Positions 10,928 to 20,373 of a stretch of 64,000 nt of DNA are shown in pieces. The notes under the pieces were generated by a model that did no database searches, was not told the DNA's origin, and saw only the letters and a list, made by a program, of their open reading frames with translations. The position numbers and the translations under genes are program-made. Each line of letters starts with the position of its first letter. The stretch's first letter is position 1. Source of the DNA: Prochlorococcus sp. AG-412-I05 (lineage in GTDB: Bacteria > Cyanobacteriota > Cyanobacteriia > PCC-6307 > Cyanobiaceae); contig QCLC01000005.1 in the NCBI GenBank assembly GCA_003214855.1, forward strand, positions 2,211 to 66,210, in the 5' to 3' direction.

Positions 10928-12313
10928 CTATCGGATATTGGAGTAATCCTGATATATTGAATAAACACTATATATTCCAACCAAAGGCGCTGTCAACTCG
11001 TTCAAGACTGTTGAAGTTGCTGACAAAATAGATTCCTTCACGCGTACAACATCACCAGCCATCAGGATAGGATTGCGATAATCGTCTGATGGCGCATTTG
11101 GGCTATAGCTAAAGACTCGACGATCAATTTGCCCCTCTTGAGTAAAACGCGTAAATTCGATCTTGCCATGCATGACTTGTAACCCTCCGGCAAGACTAAT
11201 TGCTTGATTCAGTGAAGAGGCTTGAGGCAATGTTACTCCACCTGGATTTTTCACACGACCACTTACATAAACCTGCAAAAATTGAGGTGAAATATTCGTT
11301 CGCCCCGCCTGCAGCAATTGATCTATCATAACCACATCACTTTTAGGTACATTAACTACATCGCCATCAAACAAACGTATGTTCTGGGTTTCATCACCTT
11401 TTGTAAGTAGCGTAATGAAATTTAGTTTTGCCCGCATGCGACCTCCTCCGGCACTTAGCGGTTGTTTACGTGTAACTTGAACTGAAGAAAGATCTGAGTA
11501 AGGAGTAATCCCTTGGGCTGAACGGATGGCATCAAACAAGGTTGGAAGAGGAGTTTGATATCCATATCCTTCAGAAATAGTTGACTGAGAAACAATCATA
11601 TTTCTGGAATAACCACTGGGCTGAACTCCAGTAGAACCAAATTTAGACACCGGAGAATTGGGGGCCAGGTCAGCTTTTGGGCTTTGACCAGCACTTTGAC
11701 CAGCAAGAGTATAGTAACCAGGTCTTTTGACCTCTCCAGATACATAAACTCTGACTGGACGATAATGAATTGGTCTAATGTAAATCTCAGGATTCTTAAC
11801 GTACACACTGAATTGCTCAAACAAGAAGTGATTTAACTCTTGTAATGTGAGCCCTTCTACATATAGTGCCCTAAGGCGTGGAAGATAAAGCGTTCCATCA
11901 GGCCCAATCGTAAAGACACCACTAAGTTCCGGAAGGCCTAGCAGTTCGACTTCAAGAGAATCGCCTGGGCCAAGTATATAACTGTTATAAGCATTATTGA
12001 TAGCTATAGCCTCAGGCAAAACCGAAGAATCAGATACTTCTTCAGCTCGAGACTGGCTTAGGACCTCGGATCCTAAAAGCGTGAAAGCAATTAGTAAAGA
12101 GAATCCGACAGGTAAAAAATTTAAATTTACGCGTGCTTTGCGAGCTTGTATCAAGCCATTAATGATGCTACAACCATTAAATCTTAACCTATTAAGACCT
12201 TTGATCCCAGACAGGCCGTCCAGTAACCGGTCTGTCCACTGAACCTTAGCGTTAATGGTACTGATATATTGTTTTAAAAAAAGAGATTGAAAAATTTTCA
12301 ATAAATACTTCAT
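10928..12313 (-). CDS. wza: Polysaccharide export protein (Wza/OPX, SLBB domains)
   Basis: PES motif YILGPGDSLEVELLGLPELSGVFTIGPDGTLYLPRL; SLBB repeats VYVSGEVKRPG and VYVSGRVKNPG. True start probably downstream of the ORF start. Confidence 0.92.
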   Translation of the reverse strand: MKYLLKIFQSLFLKQYISTINAKVQWTDRLLDGLSGIKGLNRLRFNGCSIINGLIQARKARVNLNFLPVGFSLLIAFTLLGSEVLSQSRAEEVSDSSVLPEAIAINNAYNSYILGPGDSLEVELLGLPELSGVFTIGPDGTLYLPRLRALYVEGLTLQELNHFLFEQFSVYVKNPEIYIRPIHYRPVRVYVSGEVKRPGYYTLAGQSAGQSPKADLAPNSPVSKFGSTGVQPSGYSRNMIVSQSTISEGYGYQTPLPTLFDAIRSAQGITPYSDLSSVQVTRKQPLSAGGGRMRAKLNFITLLTKGDETQNIRLFDGDVVNVPKSDVVMIDQLLQAGRTNISPQFLQVYVSGRVKNPGGVTLPQASSLNQAISLAGGLQVMHGKIEFTRFTQEGQIDRRVFSYSPNAPSDDYRNPILMAGDVVRVKESILSATSTVLNELTAPLVGIYSVYSIYQDYSNIR

Positions 12314-13670
12314 TTTAGTAGCTAGCCTTCTCGCAACTAAAAAATATCTTATAGGGCAAAGCTAATTTTTCTCCATCCAATTAGCAAACGCAAGTAAAAA
12401 GAATTGCTCCTAACTCCATCGGCGATTTACGCAACTATTTACTTTGTCAAGGGGAAAACTCCTTTACGCATCAACTTCCTGGACAGTTATAGATCTGATT
12501 GGTTACAAACAAGAACCCCAGCTTGCACCTATTAATCTTCAAAGGCATATCAATCCTGGCTGGGCCCTAATGAATAAACTGACAATAATTTAAACCCCAA
12601 TATTTTAGCAAAATCTAGAGATCCATGTAATCAAAGTCGTTCTTGAATTATTGATTCTCTCCAACCAGAGAAAACGAACCGCATTTCCAATATCGTCGAT
12701 TCGTACCACCAATCACAAAACCGATAGATTAGTAAAGCTAGAATAGCTTGAAGGAAATATCGTGACCCTACATTCAATTGAAATCACCGACCAGTATTTG
12801 TCCATTGCCTGGAGGAGAAGGAAGGTTCTCTAGGGTTTTGCCTTGCCTGATTAATACAACATTAGGACTTAAGCCAGGGACAATCATTCAACTATCTAAC
12901 CCAAGTAAATCAAGGCACGATACCTTTGCCTAAGCATATTTTAGGTTTGACTGATTTCACAAAACAAAGTCTAAACCTTCGGTTCTTTACCTCGACAAGA
13001 TCAGATCATGCTAAAAATAAAATGAAACAATAGTATTTTAGAAATTTGTAGGCGATGGATGAGTTGCATTAACAGCAAACCTGCAAATTTTAAAAAGCAT
13101 TTACTTGAGCCAGGGTTTAACCCTGTCAACTATATTCTGCGGTTTATAAGGTTATTGGTATCTCTAAGGACGATATTATTGCAGCTCTGATAAACATCCC
13201 TCTGTGATACAAGGCTGATTTTATTCTTCATACCATTCCAGCCATAAACTACGAATCTACTCTATCAATAGCTTAGCGACGCGCCTCATAAGCGCTGAAG
13301 ATTGTTTTAAAGATTCCACAAGCCAATATGCAGTCCCGCTGCAGCTGAGCTGGTCGTGTTTAGAAGAAAGGTCAATAACCCTCATTAATAAAATCACAGT
13401 CTTATATACATTTAAACCTTATATATTCTAAAAACATCTCCTAACTAAACCTTTGAGATTCTACTAACATTGTACAAGGTGTAATTAACATTAGTATCTA
13501 ACCATGCTCGCGCCTTGGCCAGGCTATGTGCAGATCCTAGGATTTATAAGAGTTCAACAATGAATGCCACCTGAGATGCTAATGTTATGATGGTCTTAAA
13601 TTAGAAGTAATTCTTCTTGCCTTAAAAACCTAGTTCATTCTCTCTGAATTATTTCCAGCAAACAATCAAA

Positions 13671-14870
13671 ATGGCACACAATCAAACATTTGGGACTATC
13701 AATTCCCATAATGAATGGGATAAACTAAAAGAGATTATCGTTGGTACGTCAACCGGTACACTTGCAACTCTTACATGGCGACATGAATCAGAACCATCGC
13801 AAAAGCTGCTTGATGATGCCTTCAAGTTAGCGAGAAAGGCTTGCCCAAAATGGTTTTACGATGAAGTAGAGGAGGATCTAAGCAGCCTAGCTGAAACTCT
13901 ACAAAAATGTGGAGTAATCGTCCATCGCCCGGAGCCAATTGATTTTTCTGCAATGTATGGCACCCCATTCTGGAGAACGACAAGTAATAATATCTACAAT
14001 ACCAGAGATTTAAACCTAATTGTCGGAAATTCGGTCATTGAAAGTCCGTCCTATTTGGAAAGTCGATACTATGAAACGACAACTATGTATCCAATTTGGT
14101 ACCGATACTTCGACAATGGATTTCGTTGGATCGCTGGTCCTAAGCCTATGCTCAACTATCCCGTAAGGTTACCTTATTACAGAGACGAAAAATCCCGTGA
14201 ACTCACCTCAGAAGACATCAAACATCAGGAACTAACTGGAGGTAGGTTGGAGAAGTTACACAAACTAGCTGAGCGAGAAATTCTTTTTGAAGCTGCAAAT
14301 ACTGTTCGCATGGGCAAGGATCTTCTTTACCTTATATCCTCATCTGGGAACGAGTTAGGTGCAAGATGGTTACAAAGTGTTCTTGGCGATGAATATAAAG
14401 TACATACTACTAGAGAGATTTATCGATCCAGTCATATTGACTCCACTGTGATGTGCCTAAGCCCCGGTTTGGTTTTGTTAAATGACACACGAGTTACAGA
14501 GAAAACATGCCCACAGATTTTCCGAACTTGGGATAAGATTTACTTCTCTGATGTAGCACCAACCTCTGAAGCAGAGCTTAAACATCAGAAAGAGTTACGC
14601 GATCCAATTGGTTGTGAATTGGAATCCATGGGCTTTGCCACAAACCTTCATGACATGTCATCTCCCTGGGTTGGACTCAATTTTCTATCAATTGATCCAG
14701 AGACTGTTGTTGTTGACGAGCGTCAAACTGCCTTGATCAAGTTACTTGAACAAAGGAGGTTCACTGTTATTCCTATACGCATGCGTCATATCTACACCCA
14801 AGGAGGAGGGATTCATTGTGCTACATTGGACACTGTCCGAGAAAGCAGTCTTGAGAGCTATTTTGATTAG
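13671..14870 (+). CDS. Amidinotransferase (StrB1/glycine amidinotransferase family)
   Basis: SHNEWDKLKEIIVG, RDLNLIVGNSVIE, FEAAN, GNELGARWLQS, catalytic His in SHIDST, catalytic Cys in GGGIHCATLD. Confidence 0.92.
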   Translation: MAHNQTFGTINSHNEWDKLKEIIVGTSTGTLATLTWRHESEPSQKLLDDAFKLARKACPKWFYDEVEEDLSSLAETLQKCGVIVHRPEPIDFSAMYGTPFWRTTSNNIYNTRDLNLIVGNSVIESPSYLESRYYETTTMYPIWYRYFDNGFRWIAGPKPMLNYPVRLPYYRDEKSRELTSEDIKHQELTGGRLEKLHKLAEREILFEAANTVRMGKDLLYLISSSGNELGARWLQSVLGDEYKVHTTREIYRSSHIDSTVMCLSPGLVLLNDTRVTEKTCPQIFRTWDKIYFSDVAPTSEAELKHQKELRDPIGCELESMGFATNLHDMSSPWVGLNFLSIDPETVVVDERQTALIKLLEQRRFTVIPIRMRHIYTQGGGIHCATLDTVRESSLESYFD

Positions 14871-14933
14871 CTATTTCTTATCATAGGCTTCTTATGTTAA
14901 AATAAGGAAATAAACCATCTATCACAGTTTTCC

Positions 14934-16178
14934 ATGACAGCTCAAGGCAGTCGCGTGAGCTACCAACAAAGAAACAAAGTCGAATCAGAGACGCTAAGAA
15001 CGTTCAAGGCAGAACGTCCAAGTGAATATTTTTCACATCTAGATGATGATTTAGCCGCATTCAAGGCGTACGATAGCCAGAGGGAGAATCTATACCGTTT
15101 TGGGTTGACATTCCCTCCCGAGTTCTTCAACAATAAAAGCCTCATTGATCTTGGTTCTGGTACTGGTGAGGCTACTGTTTCACTCGCAAGATGGGGAGCA
15201 ATCTGCACTTTAGTCGAAATGAATCCTGATGCTTTGGAGGTAGCTAAGCGGGTTTTCTCACAGCACACAAATAATTTTAATCAACATAGCTTTATCAACT
15301 CCTCCCTGTATGATCTTGATCTAGATTTGCTTAAAGAATCATTTGATATAAGCAGCTCATCTGGTGTTTTTACGCATGTCGCTGATAAAGCGAAAGCCTT
15401 TGGGATTCTAGCCTCCCTTGCTAAGCCCGGTGGGTATGTGCTTTATGGCGATCGCAATACCCTAGGCGGACTACAAGAAATGCTGCAGCGTTACGCTATT
15501 TATCAACTAGGGGGGCAGTCAGATGAAAAAATTGTTGAAATTGCGGAAATTCTCTTTTCAGAGGACATTGACCGTAGTCAGCGATCAGTTGCGCGCCGTA
15601 CCCGAAGGGCAATCATCTTTGATCGATGGGTCATACAACAGCAGGATGATCCAAGCGTGAATGAAGTGCTCACATTCTTTGAGCAAGAGGGGCTCGAATA
15701 CGTTAGTTCCTGGCCTCGCATTGACTTCCCTGGTCGCGGTAATTCAGTCCTATCTGACCCAAGAAATTTGCCTGCTCTACGAGATGGAGCACGACTAATT
15801 GAAAGCCTATGGATGGTTCTCAATAAAGGGGAATCTGAAAATATTCTCTCCTGTAATCCTATTCAAAACAACGAAAAATTCTATGATCAACTCGAAGTAA
15901 TTGGGGAATCATTGAGGAATCATCAAATTAATGATAGAGTAGACGTTGGACAACTTATTGATAAGTTTATACATTTAGGCTCTTCAGTTACGACAAATAA
16001 TGCAATCCTGAGCGAGAGGCTTGAGCAATTCTCACTAGAAGTTCAGGAATTCCTGAAGATGATTGAAGCATCCAACGACCCACAAGATATTCGAAAAAGA
16101 ATTGACAGTTTTAAGATCTTATTTCGAGGCTACACCGGTGTAAGACATGTTGATTATGTTGCATTCAAGCCTCGTTAA
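14934..16178 (+). CDS. Class I SAM-dependent methyltransferase with extended C-terminus
   Basis: Motif I LIDLGSGTGE, TLVEMN, FDISSSSGVFTH, LAKPGGYV. Confidence 0.88.
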   Translation: MTAQGSRVSYQQRNKVESETLRTFKAERPSEYFSHLDDDLAAFKAYDSQRENLYRFGLTFPPEFFNNKSLIDLGSGTGEATVSLARWGAICTLVEMNPDALEVAKRVFSQHTNNFNQHSFINSSLYDLDLDLLKESFDISSSSGVFTHVADKAKAFGILASLAKPGGYVLYGDRNTLGGLQEMLQRYAIYQLGGQSDEKIVEIAEILFSEDIDRSQRSVARRTRRAIIFDRWVIQQQDDPSVNEVLTFFEQEGLEYVSSWPRIDFPGRGNSVLSDPRNLPALRDGARLIESLWMVLNKGESENILSCNPIQNNEKFYDQLEVIGESLRNHQINDRVDVGQLIDKFIHLGSSVTTNNAILSERLEQFSLEVQEFLKMIEASNDPQDIRKRIDSFKILFRGYTGVRHVDYVAFKPR

Positions 16179-17127
16179 TAAGGCATCATCTAAAAGAGTG
16201 CCCTATGGATTAATGTTTCATCATTTTCATGGAGGAATTCATAGAGCCGATGGTGCAGGTTCTCTTTCACAGAATAATCTAGATGTGCTTTTAGAGCATG
16301 CCGGCATCAATAATATTCTTACTCCGAATGACTGGATCTCTGCATTTTTAGCTGATGAGTTAAGCCCTTCTCATAGATGCCTGACTTTTGACGATGGACT
16401 CAAGAGCCAAATAGACGTTGCTCTTCCTGTGCTTCAAAAATATGGGTTAAAAGCATTTTGGTTTATTTGCTCTGCGCCGTATCACGATGAATACCCACAA
16501 TTAGATCTTTTCAGGAAGTTCAGATATCAGCATTTTGACACAATTGAAGATTATTATCATGAATTCTTCGGGCGATTTGGTGGGGTTAGTATTCAAAGCA
16601 ACGAATCTTTTAAATCGTGGTACAAAATGATGTCAGCCACCTACCCATTTTATTCGAAAAATGATCTCATCTATCGCTACATTAGAGACGTTTTACTTAG
16701 TCCATCAGAGTATACCGAACTGGTTGAAACGATGATCAGATCACATGGTTTATCAGTAACTGACTTAGCCACAAATCTTTGGTTAACGGAGTCAGATTTG
16801 CGATCATTGCACGAGGAAGGCCATATGCTTGGCTTGCATTCTGATAATCATCCAACATGTCTGTCGAAGCTAGATGAATTGCATCAGCGTAATCAATATT
16901 CTAAGAATGCAGCATTCATTCAAACACTTTCAGGGCAACCTATATCAATGGCTCATCCTTGCAACTCATATAATAAAACAACTCTAAGCATACTGGCCGA
17001 ATTGGGAGTCAAGATTGGGTTCAGGTCCAACATGACTCAGCTGAACTACATAAATTCTTACTATAATAACTTACAGTGTCCAAGGGCCGATGCAGTAAAT
17101 ATCTTGCGTCATAATTGCCAATCTTAG
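16147..17127 (+). CDS. Polysaccharide deacetylase (CE4/NodB family)
   Basis: GLMFHHFH, LTFDDG, GHMLGLHSDNHP, SMAHPC. Start uncertain (TTG 16147 or a downstream ATG). Confidence 0.88.
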   Translation: MLIMLHSSLVNKASSKRVPYGLMFHHFHGGIHRADGAGSLSQNNLDVLLEHAGINNILTPNDWISAFLADELSPSHRCLTFDDGLKSQIDVALPVLQKYGLKAFWFICSAPYHDEYPQLDLFRKFRYQHFDTIEDYYHEFFGRFGGVSIQSNESFKSWYKMMSATYPFYSKNDLIYRYIRDVLLSPSEYTELVETMIRSHGLSVTDLATNLWLTESDLRSLHEEGHMLGLHSDNHPTCLSKLDELHQRNQYSKNAAFIQTLSGQPISMAHPCNSYNKTTLSILAELGVKIGFRSNMTQLNYINSYYNNLQCPRADAVNILRHNCQS

Positions 17128-17648
17128 TATTCCTGATCGCTAACCAGAACTCAGAGAAAAAAGCAGGTGATTCTTTAGATTAGATGCTAAGCAGTCATCG
17201 AAGCATTTGATTTGTCAATTAACTACTTATCCTCTGCTAGAACAATTCTGGATGAAACCTGCACCTTCAATCTGCAGTTAGCAATAATCGCAAAACCAGA
17301 ACCACTCAAAGCAAAGGCCATCGGTTTTCAGAAGACTTCAAGTCTCAATAGAGGCTATTGAAACTCAATAAGTCATTCTGCTTGGTGCTTCAACCGGCTC
17401 TAAGAAAACTTGCTCAATAAGCCAAAAATCTTTAGGGGACCAGATTTAGACCTTGGCAACCCGCGCGATTAAAATCAGCAACAGATCCTTTTGTATACTC
17501 GTTGGTACATTATAAACGATACTAGCATTTCCTACTCGCCAATTAATTACCATTGTGAAATTCCTGATAATGCTCAACTTAAAATCTAGATCCCGATTAT
17601 ACTCTAAATTATGGCTTGTAATTTGAACCACTACTTTAATTTGAGTAA

Positions 17649-18701
17649 ATGTTAAATACAGCCTCGATTTCAATTGGTTCACTTGTTACCGCGCTAGAAG
17701 CTTTACGAGTCATAGACCAAGGCGGCGCCCAAATTGCCTTGGTGGTCGACGAACAAAAGCGCCTGGTGGGCTCGCTCACCGATGGTGATATCCGTCGAGG
17801 TTTACTCAATGGTGAAACGCTCGAGACGCCCGTTGAGCGACTGATGAACCGGCAATTTTACTTTGTGCGGAATAACGAGGATCACTCGACCATCATAAAG
17901 ACGATGAAACGGAAGTCACTGCATCAGGTGCCGGTACTCGATGAAGATAACCGCGTGGTGGAAATGCTGATACTCAAAGAGCTGCTGGGCCAAACCCAGT
18001 TGCCTAATGAGGTGGTAATCATGGCCGGTGGTAGAGGCATGCGACTGCGACCCCATACCGATCATTGCCCCAAACCGATGCTGCCAGTAAATGGCAAGCC
18101 TATGCTAGAGATTCTGCTGGAGCAGTGCATCGAAACCGGCTTTCGGCGTTTCCATCTGTCAGTGAATTACCTCAAAGGGCAGATCATCGACTACTTCCAG
18201 GATGGAGGCCGTTGGGGTGCATCGATAAATTATTTAGTGGAGGATAAGCCGCTAGGCACAGCTGGCTCACTGCATTTACTTCCCAAAGATATAGAGGCGC
18301 CAATTCTGGTGCTCAATGGCGATGTGCTCACTAGATTCAATCTAATCCAGCTACTTCGCTTCCACAGGGAACAAGATGCAGAAGCTACTCTCTGCGTTCG
18401 TAATCATGAAGTAAGCATTCCTTTCGGGGTAGTGCAAACCAAGGATGGGGAGCTGTCCGGGTTTGAAGAAAAGCCCACCTACCACCAACTGGTAAATGCT
18501 GGATTGTATGTAATCAATCCGCAACTGATTTCTCTGTTACCGCCCAATCAAAAAACCGACATGCCCACGTTACTAAAGAGTGCTCAGCAAGCTGACCATC
18601 GCGTGGCGGTTTGCCCGATCCATGAGTACTGGATTGATGTGGGCCGCCCGGAAACCCTGCAGCAGGCCAGTCAGGAATGGTCTATTGCAACAGAACCATG
18701 A
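17649..18701 (+). CDS. CBS-domain nucleotidyltransferase (PtmE-like GlcN-1-P guanylyltransferase)
   Basis: CBS LVGSLTDGDIRRGLL; VIMAGGRGMRLRPHT...PKPML; EDKPLGTAGSL; YWIDVG. Sits in leg context. Confidence 0.9.
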   Translation: MLNTASISIGSLVTALEALRVIDQGGAQIALVVDEQKRLVGSLTDGDIRRGLLNGETLETPVERLMNRQFYFVRNNEDHSTIIKTMKRKSLHQVPVLDEDNRVVEMLILKELLGQTQLPNEVVIMAGGRGMRLRPHTDHCPKPMLPVNGKPMLEILLEQCIETGFRRFHLSVNYLKGQIIDYFQDGGRWGASINYLVEDKPLGTAGSLHLLPKDIEAPILVLNGDVLTRFNLIQLLRFHREQDAEATLCVRNHEVSIPFGVVQTKDGELSGFEEKPTYHQLVNAGLYVINPQLISLLPPNQKTDMPTLLKSAQQADHRVAVCPIHEYWIDVGRPETLQQASQEWSIATEP

Positions 18702-19372
18702 CGCTATTGGCCTTGATCCCAGCCCGTGGCGGCTCCAAAGGCATCCCAAGAAAAAACATTCGACTGTTTTGCGGAAGACCACTTCTGTATTGGTCGATTG
18801 ATGTCGCCTTGATGTCGAGTTGCGTTGACCAGGTGGTTGTGTCCACGGATGACACCGAAATCGCTGCTATTGCCAAGACTGGCGGAGCGGAAGTGCCTTT
18901 TCTTCGGCCTGAAAAGCTTGCCAGTGATGAAGCACCTGCTATTTCCTCAGTTCTGCATGCTTTGGAACAACTGCCCAAAGTTACTGATGTACTTCTACTG
19001 CAACCAACCTCACCTCTTCGTCATCTAGAGGATTTGGACGCCATCGTGCAATTGCGCCACCAGGCGGGCAAAGAATCAGCTGTATCTGTGACGCCCTGTG
19101 CCAAACACCCTGCTTGGATGTATGGCCTTTCCGCGGAGCAGCTATTACAACCCTTACTAAGCGAATCAACTGCCTCTTCTTGCCGGCAGATGCTGCCTTC
19201 GGCATATGTGATAAACGGTGCTCTATACCTAGCGAGCCGTGACTTTTTTATACGTGAGCAAACGTTCATCACCGATGAAACTATGGGATATGTGATGCCG
19301 ACCGAGCGTTCCGTAGATATAGATACCCCATTGGACTGGCAATGGGCGGAATTCCTTATGGAGCAACAATAA
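18698..19372 (+). CDS. neuA: CMP-nonulosonate synthetase (NeuA/LegF-like cytidylyltransferase)
   Basis: ALIPARGGSKGIPRKN, VVSTDD, LLQPTSPLR, INGALY, SVDIDTPLDW. Confidence 0.92.
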   Translation: MTLLALIPARGGSKGIPRKNIRLFCGRPLLYWSIDVALMSSCVDQVVVSTDDTEIAAIAKTGGAEVPFLRPEKLASDEAPAISSVLHALEQLPKVTDVLLLQPTSPLRHLEDLDAIVQLRHQAGKESAVSVTPCAKHPAWMYGLSAEQLLQPLLSESTASSCRQMLPSAYVINGALYLASRDFFIREQTFITDETMGYVMPTERSVDIDTPLDWQWAEFLMEQQ

Positions 19373-19374
19373 TT

Positions 19375-20373
19375 TTGAGAAGAGTTCTAGTCACCGGCGC
19401 CGACGGCTTCATCGGCTCCCATCTCACAGAAGCACTGCTGGCGGCTGGTCATCAGGTGCGTGCATTCTGTTTCTACAACTCCAATGGCAGCTGGGGCTGG
19501 CTAGATGCTTTACCTGAGTCAACCAAGATTCAACTTGAAGTTGTACTTGGTGACATCCGAGATCCCCTCTGCGTGCGGGAGGCTATGCGGGGTTGCGAGC
19601 AGGTATTTCATTTGGCTGCTCTGATTGCCATCCCCTATAGCTACGTGTCCCCCGCAAGTTACGTAGATACCAATATCCACGGCACCTTGAATGTTGTCCA
19701 GGCGGCCCGGGAACTAGGGATTAGCCGGGTAGTTCATACCTCCACCTCCGAGACCTACGGCACTGCTCAGTTTGTGCCAATCACCGAAGATCACCCTCAG
19801 GTTGGCCAGTCACCCTATGCCGCCAGCAAGATCGGTGCCGATCAAATCGCACTGAGCTATTGGCGCAGTTTTGAGACGCCAGTTGTAGTGCTTCGGCCGT
19901 TCAACACCTATGGCCAGCGTCAGAGTGCCCGAGCGGTAATACCCACAATCATCACTCAGATAGCTGCAGGCAAACGCCAGGTTTGCCTTGGAGCTCTTTC
20001 ACCCACTCGTGATTTTAATTTCGTGGCCGACACCTGCTCAGCGTTTTTGGCCATTGCCACCTGTGATCAGGCCCTTGGGCATGTATTTAATGCCGCCAGT
20101 AATTTTGAGATCTCAATCGGTGATACGGCCTCGCTTATCGCAGAGGTGATGAACGTTGAGCTAGAGATAATCACTGACGAACAACGACTGCGTCCTCAGG
20201 GTTCAGAGGTGAACCGGCTCTTTGGAGACAACCGACGTCTGCGCGAGTTAACTGGTTGGCAGCCTGCATATGGCGGCCTAGAGGGTTTCCGCAGAGGTCT
20301 GACTTGCACTGCCGAATGGTTTAGCGATCCCACGAACCTGGCCTGCTATCGCCCCAGCGGCTACGCAGTATGA
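19375..20373 (+). CDS. legB: NAD-dependent GDP-GlcNAc 4,6-dehydratase (LegB-like)
   Basis: VTGADGFIGSHL, HLAALIAIPYSY, HTSTSETYG, QSPYAASK, RPFNTYG.RQSARAVIP. TTG start assumed. Confidence 0.9.
   Translation: MRRVLVTGADGFIGSHLTEALLAAGHQVRAFCFYNSNGSWGWLDALPESTKIQLEVVLGDIRDPLCVREAMRGCEQVFHLAALIAIPYSYVSPASYVDTNIHGTLNVVQAARELGISRVVHTSTSETYGTAQFVPITEDHPQVGQSPYAASKIGADQIALSYWRSFETPVVVLRPFNTYGQRQSARAVIPTIITQIAAGKRQVCLGALSPTRDFNFVADTCSAFLAIATCDQALGHVFNAASNFEISIGDTASLIAEVMNVELEIITDEQRLRPQGSEVNRLFGDNRRLRELTGWQPAYGGLEGFRRGLTCTAEWFSDPTNLACYRPSGYAV

Noticed and set aside
13671-14870. Cyanotoxin cluster (sxtG/cyrA) suggested by the amidinotransferase
   Set aside because: No PKS/NRPS, sxtA or other toxin genes in the window; the context is entirely polysaccharide biosynthesis.
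15448-15455. HIP1 octamer GCGATCGC (also at 55854)
   Set aside because: Only isolated copies noticed; no evident enrichment.
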